IMG/VR virus record: IMGVR_UViG_638341196_000007
Source: a virus
Lineage: Duplodnaviria > Heunggongvirae > Uroviricota > Caudoviricetes
DNA length: 12,669 bases
Direction: 5' to 3' (one strand)
Below are positions 1 to 6,823 of this stretch, piece after piece. A program made the position numbers and the translations under genes. The notes under the pieces were generated by a model. That model ran no database searches. It saw only the letters and a program-made list of their open reading frames with translations, and had not been told where the DNA came from. The first letter of the stretch is position 1, and each line of letters begins with the position of its first letter.

Positions 1-636
1 TCAAGCCCCGGCGACATTACCTATACCCGGAACAACGGAACCAAGTTGCGCACCCGCTAAAGCGCCTGATGCCGCCCCACCAATACCACGCGCAAGACTG
101 GATGGCTGCTGCGCCTGACCTGCACGAATGGCGCCAAGCCCCTGCAAGAGTTGCCCGGTATTATTGGCGTAGTTTTGCCCTGCTGTTGCCTGCCCTGATG
201 CCGCATTCATCCCGACATTTAGCAGGTTTCCATAATTTTGCATTTGCCCACTGAGCCAATTGTTATAAAGCATGGGCGCAATGGAAGATAACTGGTTACT
301 GGTAGCTGTTGAGCCAAGCCCCCCGGTAGCTTCTGCTGAGACAAGGTTCTGATAACGGGCCTGATCTGCCTGTGTTTTATATAAACCAGAACCAAAGAAA
401 TCATTCGCGGCTTTATTCTGCCCTTCCAGAGTCATCAGTCCTTGCAGTTGTTGTAAAGCAGGCAATCCGACTTCTGCATACGGCTTGAGATTATTCATCA
501 CCGTATTCCACTGCTCGCGCTGCAAATCAATTGCCTGCTGCTGGGCCTTCGCCTGAGCTTTAGAGGCACCACCATCACCGCCTTTTTCGTATACGGCACG
601 ATTGAGATGTTTATGAGCTATATGGGTAATTAACAT
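1..636 (-). CDS. hypothetical Gln/Gly/Ala/Asn-rich low-complexity protein (partial; C-terminus lies beyond the window start)
   Basis: ATG at 636-634 with AAGGAA-like SD upstream; start overlaps the stop of the 630-1091 gene (ATGTTAATT); frame open to position 1; composition dominated by G/A/Q/N/S after residue ~20; no family recognised. Confidence 0.5.
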   Translation of the reverse strand: MLITHIAHKHLNRAVYEKGGDGGASKAQAKAQQQAIDLQREQWNTVMNNLKPYAEVGLPALQQLQGLMTLEGQNKAANDFFGSGLYKTQADQARYQNLVSAEATGGLGSTATSNQLSSIAPMLYNNWLSGQMQNYGNLLNVGMNAASGQATAGQNYANNTGQLLQGLGAIRAGQAQQPSSLARGIGGAASGALAGAQLGSVVPGIGNVAGA

Positions 637-1091
637 TCGCTGAATTCCTTATATTGTTGCCGAGTTAACTGATAAAGCGTTACGCCGACGGGTTTACCAC
701 ATCTGATATAAGCATCATCAAGGTGACCAACACGGGTAGCGCCAAGCAAACGGATAATTGCCCGTCCATATTTCGTGGTGTCAGGAACCATAGTGATGCT
801 GTTAAGGAATGGTGAGTTTTCGAGAAGCCATTTGCAGAATAATCGATGCCCTTGCAGTGCATATTCACCACGGAATCCGGGGTCGTACACCGCATGGCAT
901 TCAACAACGCTATGCCAGAAGTTACGCACTTCATGAACGCCAGCCAGCACTAATCCTTCGTAGATGCCGAGATATACCGCATCAGGCTTGATGTAGTACG
1001 AGTGCCCCGGCTCAACAATATTTTCGGTATTGCCTGGCTCGTTAAGAAAGGCCTGTAATCGCACAGGGTTATCAATAAATTTTAGTTCCAT
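630..1091 (-). CDS. hypothetical protein (153 aa, MELKFIDNPVRL...)
   Basis: ORF track; ATG 1091-1089; stop TAA 632-630 lies inside the first codons of the next gene (translational coupling); no recognisable motif. Confidence 0.55.
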   Translation of the reverse strand: MELKFIDNPVRLQAFLNEPGNTENIVEPGHSYYIKPDAVYLGIYEGLVLAGVHEVRNFWHSVVECHAVYDPGFRGEYALQGHRLFCKWLLENSPFLNSITMVPDTTKYGRAIIRLLGATRVGHLDDAYIRCGKPVGVTLYQLTRQQYKEFSEC

Positions 1092-1107
1092 GCGATGCCA
1101 TCCATTT

Positions 1108-1269
1108 TCACATACAGCCTGCCAGCGCCTTATCTATTAACCCTCGTGCAATTTCATGCAGAGTTGGCGCTACTCCAATTCCTGATTTTTTACGCTGCTC
1201 TTCCTGAATTTTCTTTATCGCTTCCATTTGCTTCTCACTTATCAATACCGGCTTTACTGAAATAGCCAT
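1108..1269 (-). CDS. small hypothetical protein, 53 aa (MAISVKPVLISEKQMEAIKK...), possibly a small DNA-binding regulator
   Basis: Below the 60-aa cut-off of the ORF track; ATG 1269-1267 preceded by AAGGGGG SD; TGA stop 1110-1108; lies directly downstream of a palindromic operator-like site and a TATAAT. Confidence 0.35.
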   Translation of the reverse strand: MAISVKPVLISEKQMEAIKKIQEEQRKKSGIGVAPTLHEIARGLIDKALAGCM

Positions 1270-1280
1270 AACGCCCCCTT

Positions 1281-1308
1281 ATAACTGTATAAAACAACAG
1301 TTATTATA
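1281..1308 (-). promoter_or_regulatory. palindrome ATAACTGT-N8-ACAGTTAT (1281-1304) overlapping a perfect minus-strand TATAAT (1308-1303); candidate promoter/operator of the left-hand small operon
   Basis: Perfect 8-bp inverted-repeat arms read directly; TATAAT about 35 nt upstream of the 1269 ATG; no convincing -35. Confidence 0.3.
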
Positions 1309-1364
1309 GTTTCACAAATCGCAATATTCATCATCGTAATTGCAGAATATGAAACAAATAGCAC

Positions 1365-1395
1365 AAAAAAATGCCACCGCTCAGTAGCTGGTGGC
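1365..1395 (-). terminator. rho-independent terminator candidate ending the primase transcription unit
   Basis: Minus-strand RNA would form GCCACC-11 nt loop-GGUGGC (1395-1373) followed by A then U7 (plus-strand A7 at 1365-1371). Confidence 0.45.
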
Positions 1396-1591
1396 GTCGT
1401 TCTGTGTGTCAGGTTTTGACAGGTTTTTTATGGACTCTAAAAACTATATTTATGGTGTCGCATTACTCTTCACGGCAGGCGCTTTTCAGTTCTGCCCTTG
1501 CTTCTGGCTCCATTGGTAATTTGATTCGCGATCAGCTATGCGGATGGTTTGCTGAACAGGCATAACAACTTCTCAGAGGCTGTTTTTTGAA

Positions 1592-1667
1592 CTACGAAAA
1601 TTTCGTAGTGCTCACTTTCAAAAACGTCACGCCCTTGTACACAGGATTTTACGAAAGTCTCGTAAAA
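1592..1667. repeat. two palindromes sharing a TACGA/TCGTA core: CTACGAAAATTTCGTAG (1592-1608) and TTTTACGA-N5-TCGTAAAA (1647-1667)
   Basis: Perfect inverted repeats read directly in the non-coding tract between terminator and iterons. Confidence 0.5.
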
Positions 1668-1717
1668 CACTCTCTGATGCCAGCCAGGTGTTGTGCGCAT
1701 CAATTCAGTCACATTGT

Positions 1718-1860
1718 GTTGGTTCAAAATACCGTGTTGTTGGTTCAGTGTTGGTTCAAAATACCGTGTTGTTGGTTCAGTGTTGGTTCAATAAAAAGAA
1801 TAAAATCCTTATAAAACAATACCATTTACAAATTGAACCAACTGAACCAACTGAACCAAC
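1718..1860. repeat. iteron cluster / candidate replication origin: five direct GTTGGTTCA copies (starting 1718, 1739, 1750, 1771, 1782), AT-rich spacer (1791-1833), three abutting inverted copies TGAACCAAC (1834-1860)
   Basis: Exact 9-mers with alternating 21/11-bp spacing (32-bp period) plus an inverted triplet; lies immediately 3' of the primase-helicase gene. Confidence 0.6.
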
Positions 1861-1885
1861 ACCTTTTCTACGCACATGAAGAAGC

Positions 1886-4642
1886 TCATTCTTCAGATGA
1901 GTTATAATCTCCTGGCTGGTAATTGAGTACATAAACGTTTATTTGTCGTCCCTGAATACGTGGTGATTTTCTTTGGTATCCACGACCGCTGTTTGGTGGG
2001 GTTAGCATCCCGGCTTTTTTCAACACTTCAGCAAACTGTTTTGCGTTGAAACCACATGCGATCTCCTTTTCAAATGTGGCCGGGAATGTGTAGAAAATCA
2101 TTGGGCTTTCGTCATGTTCTCCACGCTGACGGTATCCGGCTAAATCTTTGATGGGCAAATCTGCCGGGCTGTATGGAAATGGTGCAAAACGGCTAAGCCC
2201 ATAGGCATTAAGAAATGCCTCCGTTTGTTCAATAATCTGCTGATGTTCTTTGTTACCTGTGCCGAACTCGCGCAACCATGCGTTATAGCTGTGCTGTATC
2301 GCATCACGGCATGTCTGAGCATCCCAGCCTGTTACAACCTCGCCTAACAGCAATGCGGCCTCCAGAATGGCAAATCGCGCGGCTACACGGTGAACCTGCT
2401 CACCATAATCGGATGGGATCAGGTTTCTCCATCTGCTTTCGCAATCACGAACGGTTTTAATAGCCTGTTGCTGGTGGTCTGCCAGCCATTTAATCCACTC
2501 ACGCCCGGCTGCGCCGTGGTGATGCTGGTAAGCGTCTTTCAGTGCGTCTGCGTGCTGTTTTCCGTTCTGGTAATCGTGAAAGCGTACTGCTTTACTCAAC
2601 GGAATATTCAGCAGTCGCACCAGTTGCCCGGCTTTGGTTTTTCGCCCGGAAGTAGCGATAAATGTTTCTAAATCCATTTCTCCGGTGCTGATTGCCACTG
2701 TACGCCAGCGTTTTAGATCCCGGTTTCCACCATCTTTAGCGCCTTGCAGTTTCCCTACACCGTTAAATAACGCATAGGCAGACTGTGAAACGCTGACAGG
2801 ATCAGCGCCCTGACCAACTTCATCAAGCGGCATTAGTCCGTCATTGTGGGCGGCGGCCTCATTTGCCAGCCCCAGCGCGGTTCCGTACCACGTCAGCCGC
2901 AGTAAATCAGGGTTGCCGTATAAGCTGCTCGCCACGTTTGCCGTGGTGGTCTTACCTGCGCTCGACTGCTCATAGAAATGAATGCCGAACCCGTCAGCGC
3001 CCACCAGCCCAATCAATGGCGCTGCCAGTGCTGCGCCGATCCCGGTCATCATTGAATAGTTACCAAAGGCCAGACGCGCCACGTTATCACGCCAGCTTTT
3101 CGCGCTCCCTGAGACGGTATATCCGGCTGCGGCTGAGCTTCTCCCGCTGAACAGCACAGGATTTTCAGGTGTTCCGATGATTTCCCCATCAGGCATGATG
3201 TACGCTCCGCATTGCCAGACAGTGGCATGAGCAACACGCCACAATTCACGAGAGCCACTGCGTTGTAGCCAGTCTGCCAGTATTGCTCTGAGGCTGCTTT
3301 TGGTCGTGACATTTACCCCACCAGCTTTAAGTGTGCGCCATCCTTCACGTTCACCAATATCAGCCAGTGGAATGGCAGCGGTTGTCGGCGTTTCAGAACC
3401 AAACGACAGCCAGCGAAGAATGAGATACTGGTCTTTATCGTCTCTGCCAGTACCGATAACGCTTAACGGAGAACATAACCAGCTTTCGTTATTGATGATT
3501 TCTCCACTCTGGCTGTCAGCTCTCGGAGATACCCAATAAATACCATCCTCGCGGCTTTCTATTCTTGGTTTCAGTGGGTCGGTATCCATAACCTTAAAAT
3601 CGCTTCCCTCAATGGTCTGTGGCTCCTGTTTCACGCCATTACCCTGTGGTTGGTACATTGACTTATTGAACGCTTCTGTGGCGCATTTAATGCCGTGTTT
3701 TTGGTGGTAATCATTCCAGTCTGCTTTGTGATCTGTCGGGGGTAATGCCACCCATCCAGAAACAGATAAAGCTGCTTTTTCTGCTGCTATTCTCCCCGTG
3801 TTTTGTCTTCCTTCGCTGTGGTCGTTATCCGCAGCAATGATGATTTGTGCTGAAGGAAATTTATCCCGCAGTACCTGGGCGACATATAACAGGTTCCCGG
3901 CATCAATCGCCGCCACTGTCAGCGCCTCTGGACGAATTAAATGGGCAGATAATGCCGTTGCCAGCCCTTCTGCGATTAAGATGCTCTGTGTTGTTTCTGG
4001 CGCGTTTATGGCGTGATATGCCCCCCGCTTTGCTGAACCTGTCAGGAGTCTTTTTTCACCATGTGATGTAATAGTCTGTGCTGCTGTGACTGCGCCGGAT
4101 TTATCCACCAGCGCCAGCAACAGAGATCCATCGGGCAACACGGGGAATGTAAAATCACCTACCCCTTTCGCAACCAGATAATCAGATTTGCCGTTTACAG
4201 CCTTTCTGCGCATGTCATCAAACTGACGGGAAAACGTATCCCGTCTTTGTTGTTCGTCCTTCTCTGCCCTTTTCAGGCGCTCCTGTTCGCGTCGCTGGCG
4301 CTCGGTTTCCAGTTGTTCCCGTTTCTGGCTGGTGGCTTCTGGTGTTTCCGTTGTCCGGTAATCAATACCCAGAACATCAGCGGCAAGAAGCGCCGCCTCT
4401 GTTGTGTCGCAGTTATTTACGCGTTTAATTAAATCCAGCCCATCACCAGCGCCGCACTGATTACAGATGAAGCTACCGCGCCCGTTGTCATCGAACCGGA
4501 ATCGATCTTTGCCCCCACATGCAGGGCAGGGAGCATGACGGCGCGGAGAGTCAGGGACATTTATGTTCAGGCAGCCCAGCACATGAGGCCAGTTGTTTTC
4601 AGACGCACTGATAACCTGACGGATAAGATCAATGTTTCGCAT
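1886..4642 (-). CDS. DNA primase/helicase of phage-satellite type: N-terminal Zn-ribbon (CPACGG...CNQCG), charged E/R/Q-rich linker, TOPRIM (IIIAADNDH), C-terminal P-loop NTPase (SSAGKTT Walker A-like, LMPLDEVG Walker B-like)
   Basis: 2.75-kb ORF; ATG at 4642-4640 (the ORF track starts at the in-frame GTG 4645-4643); motifs read from the translation; stop TGA 1888-1886. Confidence 0.9.
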   Translation of the reverse strand: MRNIDLIRQVISASENNWPHVLGCLNINVPDSPRRHAPCPACGGKDRFRFDDNGRGSFICNQCGAGDGLDLIKRVNNCDTTEAALLAADVLGIDYRTTETPEATSQKREQLETERQRREQERLKRAEKDEQQRRDTFSRQFDDMRRKAVNGKSDYLVAKGVGDFTFPVLPDGSLLLALVDKSGAVTAAQTITSHGEKRLLTGSAKRGAYHAINAPETTQSILIAEGLATALSAHLIRPEALTVAAIDAGNLLYVAQVLRDKFPSAQIIIAADNDHSEGRQNTGRIAAEKAALSVSGWVALPPTDHKADWNDYHQKHGIKCATEAFNKSMYQPQGNGVKQEPQTIEGSDFKVMDTDPLKPRIESREDGIYWVSPRADSQSGEIINNESWLCSPLSVIGTGRDDKDQYLILRWLSFGSETPTTAAIPLADIGEREGWRTLKAGGVNVTTKSSLRAILADWLQRSGSRELWRVAHATVWQCGAYIMPDGEIIGTPENPVLFSGRSSAAAGYTVSGSAKSWRDNVARLAFGNYSMMTGIGAALAAPLIGLVGADGFGIHFYEQSSAGKTTTANVASSLYGNPDLLRLTWYGTALGLANEAAAHNDGLMPLDEVGQGADPVSVSQSAYALFNGVGKLQGAKDGGNRDLKRWRTVAISTGEMDLETFIATSGRKTKAGQLVRLLNIPLSKAVRFHDYQNGKQHADALKDAYQHHHGAAGREWIKWLADHQQQAIKTVRDCESRWRNLIPSDYGEQVHRVAARFAILEAALLLGEVVTGWDAQTCRDAIQHSYNAWLREFGTGNKEHQQIIEQTEAFLNAYGLSRFAPFPYSPADLPIKDLAGYRQRGEHDESPMIFYTFPATFEKEIACGFNAKQFAEVLKKAGMLTPPNSGRGYQRKSPRIQGRQINVYVLNYQPGDYNSSEE

Positions 4643-5000
4643 CACCGTACCCCACGTGGTCTATAGCGTTTGCGATATGGCTAACCAGCATCTGCCACTT
4701 GGTTATTCCGTAATCAGTCAGCATGCCATCATTGTTTAGCCACATATCAAATTCAGCGGTTGTCGCAAGTTTCCACTTATCGCCGTGGACAGTCCTCATT
4801 GCTGGGTACATGAATGCGCAAATCAGATCACAAACATCTGACGGCTTCAGAGATGTAGTAATGGTGCGTCCCTCTGGCGTCTGAATTGCCATTTTCTCTT
4901 CACCAGTAGAATGAAGGTTATGAATCCACACAGCACCAGCAATCTTTGCCACCGGCTCTCCGATTGCGGAGCTAAGCGCCATTTCTGCATTTTCACGCAT
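4629..5000 (-). CDS. hypothetical protein (123 aa)
   Basis: ATG 5000-4998 with GGGAGG SD; its stop overlaps the primase start by about 14 nt. Confidence 0.55.
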   Translation of the reverse strand: MRENAEMALSSAIGEPVAKIAGAVWIHNLHSTGEEKMAIQTPEGRTITTSLKPSDVCDLICAFMYPAMRTVHGDKWKLATTAEFDMWLNNDGMLTDYGITKWQMLVSHIANAIDHVGYGDAKH

Positions 5001-5334
5001 GAGAACCTCCCGCTACAGTTGCGCCCATGTCATTAACCATGCTTTGCCATATCTCACGCCCGACGTCAGTCAATCCGTCCTTAGTGACGCAACGCTCAAG
5101 AAGCTCGATCCCCACGGTTTCCCACTGCGGGTAGAACACTTTCATGGCTGCCAGTGTGTAGCTATCGATCAGGCTGCGAACGCCTTTTACTCCATTAACG
5201 ATTTCCACACGTACGGCCTCGCCGTCCGCATCAACCATGAAATAGTCCCCGCCGCTGGTGGAGGTAATGTGGTTATACAGTGCCGACGCATACTTATTTG
5301 CCAGCGCATTCAGTCGGAAATTTTTAGTAATCAT
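4993..5334 (-). CDS. hypothetical protein (113 aa)
   Basis: ATG 5334-5332 with GGAG SD; stop TGA 4995-4993 overlaps the next start. Confidence 0.55.
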   Translation of the reverse strand: MITKNFRLNALANKYASALYNHITSTSGGDYFMVDADGEAVRVEIVNGVKGVRSLIDSYTLAAMKVFYPQWETVGIELLERCVTKDGLTDVGREIWQSMVNDMGATVAGGSHA

Positions 5335-5344
5335 GGCTCCATCC

Positions 5345-5947
5345 TCAGTGCGTCACTGGTTCCGCTGGCATGCCGTTTTCATTCAGTTCAGCTATAAAGC
5401 TGTTGTGAAGTTCAGCAAGCGTTTCACGACCAAATGGAGTCAGTGCTCCTTGTTCCACATCCATCATGGCTCTGTAGAAAATGATGGCGCGTTCTGTGCC
5501 AGACTCGATGCCAAAACGTTCTATCATCGCTCCCTCAATGTTGTTTGCCATAGCGAGGCGCTCTGCTACTGGATACAGCGGCATGGCGACGATGCCGTTG
5601 GAATAAACAGCCACTTCGGAAGGATTGCCAGTATCATCAATGATGCTGACAGTGCCGTTTTCCTCTCTCATTTCCAGCATGAATACTGTTGCGATCAGCC
5701 ATCTCCACATAATGACGTTATGCTGTGATGTGTAATCGAAATATCCCTGGTTGCCGCCATCGGCAATAGCGAGATGTATTGACATACCTTCATCTGGTTT
5801 ATCGTCATAATCCCCGGCATCCAGACGATTTACGGCATCAATATATGAGACGGCCTCAACGCGTTCTGTCATGCCATCGTTGCTGCGGTACATGATGTTT
5901 ACGCCGTCAGGCGTTGCTTCTGTATGGAAAGTTAAGAAATTATTCAT
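5345..5947 (-). CDS. hypothetical protein (200 aa, MNNFLTFHTE...)
   Basis: ATG 5947-5945 with GAGG SD, preferred over the TTG at 6052 used by the ORF track because the upstream gene's stop (5942-5940) falls inside codons 2-3, the same coupling pattern as the neighbours. Confidence 0.5.
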   Translation of the reverse strand: MNNFLTFHTEATPDGVNIMYRSNDGMTERVEAVSYIDAVNRLDAGDYDDKPDEGMSIHLAIADGGNQGYFDYTSQHNVIMWRWLIATVFMLEMREENGTVSIIDDTGNPSEVAVYSNGIVAMPLYPVAERLAMANNIEGAMIERFGIESGTERAIIFYRAMMDVEQGALTPFGRETLAELHNSFIAELNENGMPAEPVTH

Positions 5948-6161
5948 GTTTCGCCTCGCCTGAATGATTCTGTAACTCATATTTGCCCAACAATTCGTCC
6001 GCTTCCTGAATAGCTTCTGGTACGCCATTGAGCAGTGACATAACCGCGCCAATCATTAACTTGTCTCTGTTGCTGGGGCTGGCCCCTTCAAGCCAGAACC
6101 CTAAAACAGTCTGAACCTGTTCGATGCGACATTGCGCTTCAATGAGCTGGATGTTGGTCAT
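5940..6161 (-). CDS. hypothetical protein (73 aa)
   Basis: ATG 6161-6159; ATGA overlap with the upstream stop. Confidence 0.5.
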   Translation of the reverse strand: MTNIQLIEAQCRIEQVQTVLGFWLEGASPSNRDKLMIGAVMSLLNGVPEAIQEADELLGKYELQNHSGEAKHE

Positions 6162-6421
6162 TTCGCACTCTCCACATCGATTAAACTGATATCTATCAGG
6201 GAGGTAACTTTTTGTAGCCAGCTATTGATTACTGTCGCCTGTTCCCCGCCCACCGAGGGAACAATCTCATTCATCACATGAACCAGACCTGTGCGCGCTC
6301 TGGTAAGCCGTTCAGTCGCGCAATCTGCGGGAGTGAATGTGTCTGGATATGGCTCTTCACGCCCCAGCAATGATTCAATTTCCAGCTCACACGGATGACG
6401 ATAAATTAAGTTGATATTCAT
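6158..6421 (-). CDS. hypothetical protein (87 aa)
   Basis: ATG 6421-6419; ATGA overlap with the upstream stop (6420-6418). Confidence 0.5.
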   Translation of the reverse strand: MNINLIYRHPCELEIESLLGREEPYPDTFTPADCATERLTRARTGLVHVMNEIVPSVGGEQATVINSWLQKVTSLIDISLIDVESAK

Positions 6422-6612
6422 TTTTCACCCCCAAGAATTACCAGCTCGGCACGGGCATCGTTAACCAAAGATGAGCACGCTTTAATCGCATCCACGACAT
6501 CAGTAGCGTCCATTTCTTCAGCCGAAAGACTGACAGCAACCAGGACAGCCGCTGCTTGCTCGATTAATTGAAGTGCGGACGTAAGGCGAGGGGTATTAAT
6601 TGAGTTATTCAT
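6418..6612 (-). CDS. hypothetical protein (64 aa, [10 protein letters not shown]...)
   Basis: ATG 6612-6610 chosen because the upstream frame's TAA sits inside ATGAATAAC; the ORF track extends it to 6669. Confidence 0.45.
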   Translation of the reverse strand: MNNSINTPRLTSALQLIEQAAAVLVAVSLSAEEMDATDVVDAIKACSSLVNDARAELVILGGEK

Positions 6613-6823
6613 TGGTTGCCCCCGTTTTTCCTGGCATTTCGCCACCTTCCAGCAGGAAATGAACGTCACGAACGGCGAGATCCAATATCGCGAGTAACGC
6701 CTTCAGTCTTTCGTCTCGTGAGGGAGAGTTGCTCACCAGAATGTCGTTAATCACTTCTGTCAGTGTGATGATCTGGCTTGTGCGTTCGAGGGGATCCATA
6801 TGCACATCGTAGGTTTTAATCAT
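6605..6823 (-). CDS. hypothetical protein (72 aa, [10 protein letters not shown]...)
   Basis: ATG 6823-6821 with GGAGGTG SD; in the same frame as the long 6605-7672 ORF, so it may instead be that ORF's C-terminus. Confidence 0.4.
   Translation of the reverse strand: MIKTYDVHMDPLERTSQIITLTEVINDILVSNSPSRDERLKALLAILDLAVRDVHFLLEGGEMPGKTGATNE

Noticed and set aside
1415-1450. Plus-strand promoter candidate (perfect TTGACA at 1415-1420)
   Set aside because: No acceptable -10 hexamer at 16-19 bp spacing (TAAAAA lacks the final T; TATATT is 24 bp away) and no plus-strand gene downstream.
1718-1860. Possible CRISPR array
   Set aside because: Repeat unit is only 9 bp with 2-12 bp spacing and no unique spacers of CRISPR length, both orientations are present, and there are no cas genes; iterons are the better explanation.
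4101-4109. DnaA-box-like TTATCCACC
   Set aside because: Single occurrence inside the primase coding sequence with no clustering; likely coincidental.
2140-4432. Multiple plus-strand ORFs of 60-95 aa (for example 2390-2671, 2863-3150, 3300-3539, 3847-4071)
   Set aside because: All lie antisense inside the long primase-helicase gene, lack convincing ribosome-binding sites and have no recognisable motifs; treated as shadow ORFs.
5258-5728. Plus-strand 156-aa ORF
   Set aside because: Antisense to two tightly coupled minus-strand genes, with no SD and a low-complexity translation; most likely spurious.
5948-6052. N-terminal extension of the 5345 gene to a TTG start at 6052 (235-aa version in the ORF track)
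   Set aside because: It would overlap the upstream 73-aa gene by more than 100 nt and use a weak TTG start; the ATG at 5947 with SD and stop/start coupling fits the pattern of the rest of the array.
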